In this document: piece by piece, positions 1-13,300 of the stretch | Numbering within the stretch: position 1 is the first letter of the stretch | Layout: the number at the start of each line of letters is the position of its first letter | From: Paecilomyces variotii | Taxonomy: Eukaryota | Direction: 5' to 3' (one strand) | Assembly (NCBI GenBank): GCA_004022145.1 | Contig: RCNU01000002.1 | Length of the DNA: 64,000 nucleotides | Position numbers and translations under genes: made by a program | Notes under the pieces: model-generated | Seen by the model: only the letters and a program-made list of their open reading frames with translations | Told to the model about the DNA's origin: nothing | Databases searched by the model: none

Positions 1-1940
1 AAAGCAGGTAGAGAAGTTGTGTTGCGTATGGAGACCTTTTGTTGATTTCGTGATAGGATATTGCCCACGCAGTCAGAATATTTCCATTAGAATATTGTCG
101 ATGAGGTTCTGCTGCTGCTTGTAGATCACGCCACGCTCTATCGTAATGATCCAAATACTTCGTCAAGCTCATTCCCGTACGACGAATAAATGAGCCAGCG
201 AGTACTATTGCGAGTGGTAATCCGTCTAAGCGATACGCCAATTCGTTCACGCTTAAATCAATTGGCGGACTGGAACAAGTCTGAGTATAGCCCGAACATC
301 TTTTCAGGAGCTCTACCCCCTCGCTAAAAGACAATTTGCTCACCGGATATGATATTGTACCAAGTTCTGCGAGTTGTTGTAATCGTGTGGTAATGATGAT
401 CGAGCCATGGTCTGCAGAGGGAAGGTATTTGTGAATATCATACGTTCCCTGCTTTATATCATTGCCATGAGCACTTTCGTAAGGCGAGTACTGATCGATA
501 TTATCGTAGATCAACAGCCAGTGAGTGTTATTATCCTGTGAGAGCCATCTTAGGGCCTTCTGCGCATCTTTTTTCAGTTCGTTTTCGTTTTTTGTTCCAT
601 CAATGGGACCTAGATTAGCTGGCCCCTCTTGAAGTCGGCTAGTGATTCTAGCTAGACACTGAATCAGGGTATATTCATCCTGGCCATTAATCCAGAAAAT
701 AGCAGTGAATGCATCTTTGTATACCCGCGCAAACTGGATAGCTAACTGCGTCTTGCCCATACCGCCCGTACCATGAAGAATTGCGACCTTTTGCCGATTA
801 GATGCATTTGGTTGCAAAGCTTTCCACAAATGACCGAGATCAGCTCCACGACCGATAAAATGATTCACGGCAGGCATGTTTGTCAACTCGAATGGAACCT
901 GAAACTTGTCTAATACCATATTATTAGTCCAGGTATATATATAGCATGCTCATGTATTTACCTTTAGTCATCGATTCTTTATCCATAGAAGGTTTATTAA
1001 CCTCTGTAGCTGCTATTACAGAGAGTAACTCTTTGGCATACGCGGCGGCTGTCAGAGCTGCGTACCCTTGCCACTGCTTGTTCTTATGAGAATCTGCATA
1101 GTCACAAATACCTCGTATGGTAAGACAAGGAAAATGGTCCATCAATCCGGCTGCTTCCATCTCAAAGCATAACACATCTATCTCTTGTTGCAGATGTTCT
1201 CGCACTCTGCTATCTTTCACCACTTGGTTACCGGAAGCAATGAGACCGTAGTGAACTTCTGGCCTGTTGGGATCCCGCGGAGTTCGTACGATGATTCGAT
1301 TATTGTCACAGTTAACACAATCGAAAGATTCGGCCTGGTGATGGTACAATATATCAAATAATTGGTCTTTTGTGGGACCAGGGGAACTGAACCTAGATCG
1401 GATATCATGGCTGGTTTGAGTTGCATTGAGAATGATCTTGGGAATCGAGGTTTTCCCAATCTGGTGATCCGACTGTACATTCGCAATTGCCGTCAGGAGA
1501 ACCTGTGGTGGTTTATTCAATGACCCAGTACGGCGGAGTTTTCCATCTGCCAAAGCTTTCCCATAGTCATACTGAATAACACCTCCATGTTGATCATTTG
1601 GTTTGCTGACAACAATATCACCCAGATGAATGTCATTGGATGCACTTGGGACACCGCCACCGACACCCACTAACAGGCCAAACTGAACATTTGGAAAGCT
1701 AATCAACATCTGTTGAGCAACGACAGCCGCTGAGGTGGTCCCATAGACTCCCTCAGGAAGACATGCAACCACCACATTATGACCGGCAATCTCTCCAAAT
1801 ACATAACTATTCCGGTCGCTCTGTTGACATCGTGGAAGTCCAGGATGACTCTTGTCAAACATGAGTTTAGCAGCGGCCATCTCTACTGGCAAGGCGCAAA
1901 TCCACCCAACGGTGTAATTATCATGGGTTAGCCCCGCCAT
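1..1940 (-). CDS. Fungal NLR-like protein: N-terminal PNP_UDP_1 (nucleoside phosphorylase-like) domain + NB-ARC NTPase; 3' end lies outside the window
   Basis: Exon 1 (1940-962) has PNP motifs VGWICALPVE, GVGGG, FEMEAAG and IRGICDYADSHKNKQWQ. Intron 961-910 is GTAAAT...CTAAT...TAG. Exon 2 translated by hand stays open to base 1 and has FIGR, P-loop GTGGMGKTQLA, Walker B WLLIYDNID, IIITTR and GLPLA. Confidence 0.92.
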
Positions 1941-2538
1941 CTTCGCCACCAGCTAACCACGGTAGATAAGTTAGAAGCGTTGCGTCAGAAATATTGCATT
2001 AAGACTTGTCTTACCACGATGTAATAATCGCTGGATCTTTCAAATAGTTAGAATAAGCACTAGTTAACCTCTATACTAAGCATGGCGATGTAAATGAGGA
2101 ATGTGAAGAGAGTCCGTCTTTAAGACGTTTTGGAAGTGTATCTTCTATGGCGGGGTTATTTGACCTAACTAATAATGGTTTAGCTAGTTGCCGTATTGAA
2201 AGTAGGCTATGAGATATGCCATAAGTAGTCCTAAATACTGCAATATCTTTGCAATATAATATAATTAGAATTCTATTATCATTTTTCCACACCTCTTTTT
2301 TATTGTGTGTTGTGTATATCAATTCCTTAATAATGTTACGGAATTAGTAGGCAGGCACGGCGTACGTACGTCACGTGTATCTAGCATATTAGCCATTCCC
2401 CTCCCTAGATAGTAGAGAGGAATCTAGCATCAACTTCATCTCCCACTTCCACGATTACGATCCCTTTTCGTATCACTTAATCTCTGAGAGTTATATAATC
2501 AAGTAACTAAGGATAACTATGACAAATATCAAAAGGTG

Positions 2539-2547
2539 AAAAAAAAA
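2539..2547 (-). terminator. Pol III oligo-dT terminator of the 5S gene
   Basis: T9 run on the minus strand a few nt downstream of the 5S 3' end. Confidence 0.8.
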
Positions 2548-2552
2548 GACAA

Positions 2553-2671
2553 ACATACAACAGCAGGGATTCGCTGGTGGTCACCCACCCAACTACTAAC
2601 CTGCCGGCGTGTGGCTTAAGTACGGCTGAGCGGACGGGAAGCCCTGTTTTCCACACCCTATGGTCGTATGT
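2553..2671 (-). rRNA. 5S rRNA gene (dispersed copy, 119 nt)
   Basis: Reverse complement reads ACATACGACCATAGGGTGTGGAAAACAGGGCTTCCCGTCCGCTCAGCCGTACTTAAGCC...GTTAGTAGTTGGGTGGGTGACCACCAGCGAATCCCTGCTGTTGTATGT. This is a typical filamentous-ascomycete 5S with complementary ends. Confidence 0.97.
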
Positions 2672-2796
2672 GATTGATATGTCTCTGAAAGAAATTATGT
2701 GCTATAGATATACTGACATCTATGCAACGCTCTCTCTCGTAGCAACACACTTAAGTATGTGGCTGTTGCTCTTTTTCATTTGCTACAAAGCCGAGG

Positions 2797-3192
2797 ATGG
2801 CTACGGCCTCGAATCTCTCCATTGTCAATTATGGAGACGGCTTCTCATACACCGAAAGTGAACTCGCTTACTATCGCTTTCATGTTCCTGATGTACAAGC
2901 AGCTCTTGGGTATATTCTCCCTGTTGTGTCCGATGCCCTTCGTAATCTTCCTGACTGGGTAGTTGATGATACCACGCACAGCTTATACCTTGAATGCGGC
3001 AAGAATCTGGAAGAAATGAAGAAGACGGTGTTCGCTTTGCGAGATATAAGAAAATTCGACGTCTTGAGCAGATGGCGCAATGAAAGATTTCCAGTTTACG
3101 GCTCGAATAAGGAAGTCCTCTTTCACCTCGAAAGAAGTGCATGTCCACTACTTGGCGTGGTCACATATGGGGTTTGTACGACCCCAGACTGA
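2797..3192 (+). pseudogene. N-terminal fragment of a YJR142W-like Nudix hydrolase (DUF4743-type / thiamine pyrophosphokinase-related)
   Basis: WRNERFPVYG...ERSACPLLGVVTYGV matches the family's pre-Nudix segment. The ORF stops right after it and no Nudix box exon is visible downstream. Confidence 0.7.
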
Positions 3193-3502
3193 ATCTGCAT
3201 TTTTTTAGGAGGAAGGAATAATAAGGCCCTCCCGGGTCCCATATCGCAGGTATGAACACTTAGTGTGGCTTTTTTTGTCCGTGATTGTGCCTGTAAAGAC
3301 TTGTATGCTCCCAATATGCACGTTCCCAGCTCTCCGATGAATATCCTGGATGATATGGAGTATTGTAGCTCTGTTGAGCCTATTCTGTCTCTCTGTGTAG
3401 TCGGGATATTAAAAGTATTTTGCCTTTATTATAAATATAGGTGCTATAAGTTTTGGGAAATAAATAACAGAGCAGAGAACTGTCTTTAATAAATAAGCTA
3501 TA

Positions 3503-3757
3503 TTAAAAGTAGGCTGTTTCCCATATAGAAGCACTAATTATAATATCTAGCTTAAGGGCCAGAAGTCGTTCCAGAGGGTTCGCTATTGACCATTTAGTAT
3601 CAAGCACTATATATGCGCTCTCACAAGGCTCAAAGACTGAGGAGAGGACAAAGAAGGGGTATATGTGAGCAGCCTCAATGTAATCACCCCCCCCCCCCCC
3701 CCCCCCCCCACCGAGTAACAAGGCATCGAAGTCAGTCGGTCGTGAACAAAATGTCAT
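3503..3757 (-). pseudogene. Relic of a fungal HNH_2 endonuclease-domain gene
   Basis: IEAAHIYPF followed by ERLLAL...WETAYF resembles the AHIxP...NLxxL...W..AxFAL layout of fungal HNH_2 proteins. It is interrupted by poly-G and stops. Confidence 0.5.
3687..3709. repeat. C23 homopolymer (G23 on minus strand)
   Basis: Direct reading of the sequence. Confidence 0.95.
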
Positions 3758-3799
3758 GATGATGCTTATGAGCAGGTACCTCTAGCGATATGTGGACGA

Positions 3800-4900
3800 A
3801 GGTAGAATAGGGCAGTTTAAAGTATGGGCAGTTTTAGCTAATAAATTAAATTTGAGTGGGAGGATATGGAAGGGAAAATAAAGAGCGATAAATAATTATA
3901 TATACTAATTCTATATAAGCAGAGCGCTAAATTCTAGAATCTAGTGTTAGATAGAAAGTTCCTATGGTAATAATTGCTATTATATACCTTATTTTTAGCT
4001 TTAGCGATAACCACATAAGCTTCAACAGATTTTATCAGGTTCGGCTATACTGCACTTCTGTTAATATATATTTGCCAAGCGGGATGTTCGTTGAATGTAG
4101 TCATAGCTCGATTTGCTTACAGTTTCAAATAGCATGAGCTTACTCGAGAGAGTTCTCCCCGGCTGCACAGCCGAGCTGGCTGGACGGCTCAACATGCGGC
4201 ACTTTAGACCATAATACGAGGCACGTATAGTTATACGTGATTGATTTATGGATAGATAGAATAGTACAGAAATAGGTCAACGCCCTCTAATTGTCTCTAT
4301 CTCTGCTGTCTGTCTGTATACATGCACACGCAGTAGTTACTACTGTAATGCTATTTCCCACACTCTTCGCCGCTGGTTACATCGTCGCGCCATATCTCCT
4401 ACTGTAAGCTTATTCTCCTGGCGCGGTAAGGAAGTATTGCACTGTTTGGATTGATTTGCTTATGTGCGTATCTGTGTAGACTGTAGAGCTGCCATATGCT
4501 AGATCTCTCTCTTCTATTTATAATTGATCTCCATAGAGATTCGGTTATAGTAGATTGTAGTAGGTTATAGTATCCTGGTCGCATGCAGATAGGCCTAATG
4601 GCCAATATCTTGATCTAGTCAGCCCTAATAGCCAATAGCCAGGCCTAGACAGGTTTATCTTCGCAGCATGTAGGCAGGTTAGATTTTCTTTGGTAGGTTG
4701 CATCTTAGAACTAGCCATTCATAACATAATCACCTTGGCCAGGCTCTTTTAGTTATGTCTAACTATGTTTTCATCTAGACCTTATAGTGTTATTTATTGT
4801 CATCGGCTAGGTTGCACTTCTTTTTTATTTTCATACTCCACGTTATAGTTCTTGATTATTCCTACTATTTTCTTCGTCATCGACGCTGAGCGCCTTTCTT
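3800..4900. other. AT/TpA-rich degenerate DNA, probable RIP-like relic of a repeat or gene
   Basis: Abundant TA/TAG/CTA words. Minus-strand translation is riddled with TAA/TAG and has no recognisable domain. Confidence 0.4.
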
Positions 4901-7345
4901 ACGGCTTTGGCTGCGCCGCCGTAGAATCCCTGGTGGTGGACTTGTTAAGTAATAAGGTAAAGGCGGTAGCTCGGAGAAATACTCTACATCTTTCTCGGCC
5001 GTGTACTTACTTACTTAGGGCGTAGGTATAGTGGCACGGATGATGCCCCATTCTAGCACGAGGGAAGCGATGTGTACGGGACTCTGTCCCCATCGCCTGC
5101 TTTGGTGGCAAATTTTCGACTTAGGAACGCTTTAATAGTGGATCGTTCGATGTAGCAGTCTTCATCTGTGTCTCTTTTTTCTTCTTTTTGTCCTAGTCAG
5201 TTGTGGATTGTCTGAGCGGTGAAGAGTGGATGATGGCCATAGCTCTTTAGTTAACGCTTTTAGTCTAACGCCTATACAAAAAGGACGGGCCACGAGCTGC
5301 AGACGTCAAAGCGGTACTAGTAGCATATGCATGCACACGTACGGTCTTTTACTCGATTCTCGAAGCTCTCAGCCTGTTGAGCTTGGGATTTGAATTGGAT
5401 GACTGCGAGAAGCTTCATCATCGACGATATATCGCAGGGAAGGATTGACTCAGTGGAGATAGTCTATTGTCGTAGACACATATAAATAAGTTATCCACGT
5501 ATACTATTCACTCTGGAATCTCATCTATTTTCCCTTCTCATGGGCTGAAGCGGTGGGGGTTTTCCTGTCGGTCCGCATGAGTGTTGTTGCGCGCGAGGGC
5601 TAGAAATGACAGCATGTAATTTTACACACCCATTATTTTCACATCCTTTACTCCGTACTCCATAGATACTCCGTACTTTAGGTATCTCAGATCATCGACA
5701 TATCCACCATAGCTGAAGGTTCGAGTGTGCACGCGCCATTTCAGCTTAGCTATGCGCAGGATCTTCAGAATCGTGGTGTCGGGGCCACGCAATAATTGGT
5801 CTGTGTAGACTAGGCGTTGTCTAGGGATCTTAGGAATACACGCTAGATGTCTCAACCTTCAGCAGATGAAACCGATGGGGAGAGTGGAGTTCAATTGTAT
5901 GTTAAAATGAGCTGCTTAATACGGGTCAGCTAAGAAATTAGAATATCATTCACTTAGGCCGTTACGCATGAGTTTGCTACTTCGTATACTGACTGCATGC
6001 AATTAGATTACCGTTTGCTTTGTATAGCTCTTGTCCGGATACGGTACAGAGCTCGAAGTGACTAGACTAGTCCTCGTCTGGACAACCCGCATAGATCTGT
6101 TCAATCCGTGAGAGAGCTGTTAAGATACGAGTTGGTGTTGTCTAACAAAACCAAAGTTGAAGAATGGTTCTTGTTTACATGTACTATTGCAAAGAGACAA
6201 TGTGCAAATAAATATACCTAAAGCAGGGGAGCACATTTTTCCTCATCATGTTCGCAAGCGCAGTAACTATAGCCCTGTCTCTGTCTTGAGGTTACTGTGA
6301 TACATTGTCATGCGAGGACTATCCCTGCAAAAGATCGGAGACCCCAGATCTTCTTGTAATTTTCTTGAACGGACCATAGCGGAAAGGAGTCGTGGTGTGT
6401 CTGTCTATGAGTATGGCCTGGTGCCCTTCCTACCCTATGTACTCCGTAGTAGTTACCAAATCTTGACATCGATTTTCACTAGGATGGTAACTGGAGTCGC
6501 TCACCTTGGAGATGCATATGTTCCCACGTGTAACCACGTCCGTTGCCTACAGGCCATCGTACTGTGCATCGACTTATTGTTAAATTGGATTCAAAAAAAG
6601 ATGTAGCTGAGACCCGGTATCGGACTCGAAGAATCGATAACACGGTTTTCGATGTACGAGAAACTAGAGTATCAGTTCGAGACAGTGGCGTAGCTGAACA
6701 TTATTAGATCAGAAGCAGCGGTGGACAAGCCTGATACAGTGGTAGTTACTCGGCCAGGTTTCGCCGGACTAACGCTGTGTATTACCGATACAAAAAAAGT
6801 ATTTCTCCTTCTGCGGTGTTCGGTCCGAACCTTAACTTTCAGCAATGTTCGCTACCAAATTACCAATAGAGAGATACGTACCTAGTAGCGACAATAAATT
6901 TTCCAGAACGTCGACCCCGCATGCGTCCAATGCATTTCAACGAATTCATACCATTGACTCGAGCCTTTACTAGGTAGTTATTTTACGTTACCAGTGGTGG
7001 GTGGATTGACCGCGAATACCATGGTATGTTGTAGTTAGGATTAATTACCCACCGCTTTGTGTTTGCGTAAATTTCAGCTCACAGTGGTATGTAATTATCA
7101 CCAGGTAGGTCTCCACTATTCAATCGTATCTAGCGCAAAATGAAGCTGTCTCGGGGAAGACGTGAATCCTAGGAAGTTTTAGAGGACGCTGGAGCAATAA
7201 TATAGGGCTCCTCTGGCCTCGCCGTAGATGTTCCTTTTCCTTTTCTTTATTATAATCTTTTCTGGTTGTGGTTTGTGCTGTACCAACACCATCCTGTATC
7301 AACAATATCTTGTACATACGATCACTTTCTAACTAATACCTTACG

Positions 7346-10300
7346 ATGCAGTCGCCTCTGTCCACTGCCCATTATGCCCACGGCACGATTGACAGTCTCT
7401 TCACGACTGTCGCATTGCAGCATCCAGATGCGATTGCTGTGCAGTTTGAATCTTCTGTCAGTCTGACTTACAGAGAGCTGCACAACCAGATGCTCCAAGT
7501 ATCCGCGGCTCTTGCACCGCGAATCTGTCATGGCCAGCCTGTGCCGGTCCTTCTACCACGCTCGCCTCTCCAGGTCGCTGTCATCTTGGCACTCAGTCAT
7601 CTCGGAGCCATCTATGTCCCACTGGACCCTGAATTACCTCCGAATCTTCTTCACGATCTCTTGGATCGCGTCGATTCCCCGGTTATCATCACGAATTCTC
7701 TTCCCTCTTGGTCTATCCCTACCTGGTGCCATGAGCTCGAAGACCACACTGTTCTCGACCTCTCAAATATTCTACCGACTATTGGGGGAAGTGAGGTACA
7801 GCGTGTTCTGTCTCGTAACGTGCGTCCAGACAGCGTTGCCGCGATCTTATTTACCTCGGGGAGTACTGGAAAGCCCAAAGGTGTTGTACTGACACATCGA
7901 AACCTCATTGATCCCGCGAAAACCCTGAGTCGGTTTGAATCAATTGGGCTTGGTTCGCGCGTCTTTCAATTCGCCTCGTTTACCTCCAACGTTCACATGA
8001 TCGATATTCTCAGTGCCCTGCTACATGGCGCCTGCCTCTGTCAGGTTTCGCAGGAAAAGATGCTCGACCGATTGGCGCATTGGGTTCGAACCATGCAAGC
8101 AGATACCATCCATCTGACTCCTAGTGTGCTGGAAACCATGGAGCCAGATGATGTGCCTTCTGTGCGCTATGTAGTTACCTGTAGTGAGCCTGTTTCCGCT
8201 GCGGTTGTGTCTACATGGTCGACGAAAGTCATTCTGCGCAACCTCTACGGTATGTGTCATTACATTTTTGCACCCACAGTTAACACAAGTCGCAACTAAC
8301 ATGCTGTAGGTTCTTGCGAGGCTTCCTCCATTGCCTCCCGGGTTTTGTCTCCCGGGATATCTTTGACAGATGTGGGCCAGGTCTCGCCGCATGCTCACAT
8401 TAAAATTTTGGATCCCCTGTCTCACAACCAGGTCCCGGCTGGTAAGCTGGGAGAGATCTTCGCTGCAGGAACCAGTGTGGCAGAGGGATACTGGCGTGAT
8501 TCCAAGAGGACTGCAAAGAGCTTTTTTCTCCAGGACCAAGACAGCAACAACTTTTCACTAACTGCAACTTCTCAGCCATCATCCCTTGAGCCGGTATGGT
8601 ATGCCACGGGGGATTTGGGTTATGTCTCAGAGAGCGGAGATCTGCATCTGCTCGCGAGAACGGATAATCAGTTCAAAGTGAATGGCCTACCGCTGGAAGT
8701 CGTGGCAATCGAGCACATTCTGCGTAGGCACGTTGCTCGAGCTGTTGTACTGGCTCGCACGGATGACATAGGCCATTTCAGATTCTTTGCCTTTGTTGCA
8801 ACGCAGCAGGCCCTAGTTACACCTGATGAATCTGTCGAAATCGACGAGTGTCTCTCAGCAACAGAGCTCCGAAGCTACCTATTGACGAAATGTCGAGAGT
8901 TTTTGCCCGGATACATGGTACCAGAGATCCTCGTGGTGAACGCCATCCCGCAGAACCGAAGCTATAAGATTGATCGTCAGCGTCTCTGTGATATTCTGGA
9001 TTCTTATTTTGCACGGGAAAAGGACCTGTTGACCCCTGTTCATGCTCCCGATCTTTTATCACGGATCACTTCCATTGTGAACCACCGCCTGCAACGGACT
9101 GTTCCTGTAGACGAAGACCTACGCAATTGGGGCCTATCTTATGTGGATGCAATGTACATCATCTGGGCCATATTTGAGATCACGGGAAAGCGTATTTTCC
9201 TGAGAGACGTGCTCCACAATCCGACAGTGGAGCATTTGGTCCGACTGACGGAGGGTGCTGAGGAGACTCCAAGCTTCTGCAGTAATGAACATGCCGCCTG
9301 CACACGATTCATTGCTTCTCCGAGTCAGAGGAGCATCTTTGGTGCACACAAGACTTTGCGAAACGGTGCATATAACCTCAACTTCGCTTACCACCTCAAG
9401 TCGCCGCAACTAGATGTTCTGCGGTTCTTTGATGCAGTGCGTCTGGTCTGTAGTGAGCATGAATCTTTGCGGTCTACATATGAGCTCAACGACGACTCGC
9501 AAGTTGTCGGGGTTATTCATCCTCCGCAGGATATGCCCCCAGTCCTCTCGTTTACGCAATTTACGGAGCTCTGTGAGCTGTCTGGAACCCACGAGCTCTC
9601 CACCGCGAAGCACCGTGCCCGGCAGCTTATCAATGAAGTCGGAGAAGAATATGTTGATGTTTCCAGCGCCTCTCCGCTTCGGGTCACAGTATATGAAATT
9701 GCTCCTATGGGTCAAGAAATGATCATTCACTTTCGTGTTCATAACCTGTCAATCGATGAACTGTCATTCGAACGCCTTATCCATCATGTCTTCGATGTAT
9801 ACCGTTCTGGTTCCACGTGCATAGACACCACCAAACTGCTTTCCTACCCCGAATATGTAATCCGACAGAACCGGTCCATGATACACCGGCAGGAGCAAGA
9901 CCGATCATGGTGGTCAAATTGGGCTAATGTCTCTTGGTCCGAATCGTTGTCTGAAGCACTGCTTAGCCGACAGGGCGAGACACCCAGGCTGGCCATTCGC
10001 AACCCCAGCCAAAACAGGAGCAGCATCTACTATCACCCATTGTCAATGCCAGATGTTGAAGCATGCATCTCGCACCGTCACCGCGCTTCGACTCGCTTCG
10101 ACTTCTGGTTATCTTTCGTTCAGATATTCCTTGCTCGTCTAGCTAGTCAGTCCCGATTTCTCTTAGGCGTTCCGACTTCCATGCGGTTTGAGGATCCTTG
10201 CTTCCTGAATGTCATGGGATGCTGTGTAGCAACCGCTATACTTCCTGTTGTTGTTGATACCAGCGAGAGCTTTCGAGCTGTTCTTGACAAAATCCATGAG

Positions 10301-13300
10301 TTTTACTGGCAATGTGTTCACCATACGCAACCTACCGAGGATGTTTTGCAGTGGCTGTCAGTTCCTGGAGCCGGTAATGCAGAGGTCGAGGTGCTTTATG
10401 TATACCACGATAGAAATGGGGCCCGTCATTTACTGAAAGAAGGAACGGCGGCAGATATCGTGGACAAAGTCGATATTGCGACTGGAAGCGGTCATCATCC
10501 TCTGGTGATACACGTCGATGAGTCGGGTAGCGAGCCTCGACTTATCTTGGAGTACGACCCAGTGAAGTTCAGACCAGAGTTCATCGCCAGCATATGTGAC
10601 AGCTTCCATAGCATGATACATTGGATAGCTGCTCATGGTTCTAACATAACCGTCGCGGATATCCCCTTCTGCGGTAAGGAGATGGAAGAAAAGGCCTTTG
10701 CACAGTCCGTGACTGCCATTCCTTCCCATCTGAGCTCAAGATTTCTGAATGGTCGGGCAGCCTACATTCAGGACCTTGTATTTGATTCAGTGGACAGGAG
10801 CCCTGACTCTCTAGCCATTGAAGCTCCTGAAGGCCCGCTCACGTACGCAGCCTTGGGTTCCCGTGTACTTGGCCTCGCTGGGGAGTTGAAGAAGACAGGT
10901 TTACGCCCTAGAATGAGAGTCGCATTGTTTCTGGAGAAGTCGACGGATTATGTGATTGCCATGCTAGCAGTGCTTTCTGCAGGGTCTACATTTACTATCC
11001 TGGACATCCACGATAAGCCTTCAGTGAACCAATCCAAAATTGAGACAGTTTCTCCTCAATTCATCATCACGAACCGAGGATCTGGTCAGTTAGCAAAGCA
11101 ACTCCTCTTGCCACCGACCTCTTCGATATTTGACCTGAATCTCCATGATACAACAATGCATTCACGTTTACATTCACGTTCGCATTCACTCATTGACTCG
11201 CCAACGACGGCCAGTCCCCGAGATGCCCCAGCATATATCGGGTTTACATCAGGATCTACTGCAGCGCCCAAATGCTTTCAAGTTAATCACGCGGCTGCTG
11301 CGGTATCAATCCTGAACCAAATCGACGCATGCGGGTTTAAGGTGAATGATAGAATTCCCATGCTCACTAATGTTACTTTTGATGCGTCACTTTTAGAAGT
11401 TCTCGCCACGTTATCCGCCGGAGCGACTCTCGTTGCAGCACCGCATGATCGATTCATATCTGATCTCGCCGGCACACTGAACGAGTTTAACGTCTCGCAC
11501 GTCTTCGCCACGCCGACAACGATCGCCTGTCTAGATGGGCCATCCCAAGTCCCATCCATCAGATGTATCATACTTGGTGGCGAGCCAACTCCGAAAAATA
11601 TATTCCACCGGTGGACAGGAAGAGTGACAATTCTGGGGTCTTATGGTTCTGCCGAAACCACAATTGCTACACATGGGTTTACTATGTGGGAACCGTCGCA
11701 CTCCGATCAAAGGGGTTCCTGCATAGGGAAACCGGTGTCATCAGTCAAGGCCGCAATCCTTGATGAGTACGGTCATATTCTGCCAGCGGGTTGGGTGGGA
11801 AGACTAGCTATCGCTGCTAGGATACCACACAAACTTGACCAGCTGAGTGCAGGATACCTGAATGAAGGTCATGATAATGGCCGGTTCATAGAGCATAAAA
11901 TCCTCGGAAGGACCTTTGACACCGGCGATCTCTGCTACTTCGATCGCAAGGGATACTTTTACTTGAGAGGTCGAGCTGATGACCAGGTCAAGTCGAATGG
12001 TTTCTGGTTTAATCTCAGCGAGGTTGAATCGACTGTCGATAGATGCCTCCTACCTAGCCAAATCCAGGCTGCAGTGCTGATAGCCAGACACAATGAGGAC
12101 GGGAGCCTCGACATGGTCGCATTTATCTGTCAAAATCATTTCTCCAAGAGAGAAAGCGTCAGATTGGCCTCGGTCCTTTCGTTGGATGATCACCGCACAG
12201 TTGACGAATTGATAACTCTTCGCAGCAAAGTTTCGGATGCCCTTCCCTCTGCCATGGTTCCTCGGTACTGGGTTCCCCTTTCAGATATCCCTCAAGGGCC
12301 CACAGGAAAGATCAATCGGCAGCTCCTGAAGGAATGGTTCCTGATATTACACGAGAGTGGATTTTCTGAGAAATATGCATCTCTCATGCATCCCCCTGTT
12401 ATCAAGCAGGAGGTAAAATGTGAAATTGATCACAGTAATGTGAAAAGGGACCTGATGAGCTGGCTCCGTGAGCACTACAGTGACTATAATGAAGGCCTAA
12501 GACAACGCATCCTGGACGTTCTTCACTCTCAGTCATGTGGTTCAGATCTCGCTGTCGAGAGAATATACTTACCGAGTGCGATGCAGAAGACTATGCTTGC
12601 CCAGTCGCTGATTGACTCAGAGCTATACGCCAGCCAGCTCCTGTTGAAATTCATTGGGTCGATGGATGCCTTCTGTCTCCAGGAAGCATGGATGCGTGTC
12701 TGTCAAGCACATCCTTCTCTTAGAACATGCTATATCCATCTTGATGGTGGGATCAATGAGTTCTTTGCGATTGAGAAGGAAACTGCTCAGTCGGTCACAG
12801 GATTCTCTGTTGCAGATCATATTCCACTCGGTCCGGACGAGCTCGAGAAATCGCTGTCCGAAATCAGGAAGTCTGCACTTACGATCTCTAAGACGACGAG
12901 TACGCTTACCGTTTTCTCTTGGACGAGGGAGGAGCACCTCATTGTGCTTACCTACCATGACGCAGTAGCTGATCGCGAGTCAATGAGTCGAATTTTGTCT
13001 GATTTCGCAGCTGCCTATCAGGGCCAGCACCTTCAGCCTGATATATCGTTCTCCGCCGTATCCGCCTCCCATTTGTCTCGGGACAGAAGCAAGGCAGAGG
13101 CGTTCTGGCGCGAGTATGTCACTAACGGCGAGCCGGTCTCTTTGCACCAAGCCGAAGCTGTGGCTTCTCGTCAAACCCGCATTGAGAGCCGTCGGCTGGA
13201 CAAATTAACCAGCCAGCGAGTGCAAAGTCGTGCAATAGACTACCGTGTTACTCTACCTACTCTCTTCCAGGCTGCATTGGGAATATCGCTAGCACGTGTT

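Noticed and set aside
2577..2861. 94-aa ORF
   Set aside because: Overlaps the 5S rRNA gene antisense; spurious.
6600..6830. CGG-rich / AflR-like sites upstream of the NRPS
   Set aside because: Spacing is TCG-N6-CGA rather than N5, and CGG triplets are too common to be meaningful.
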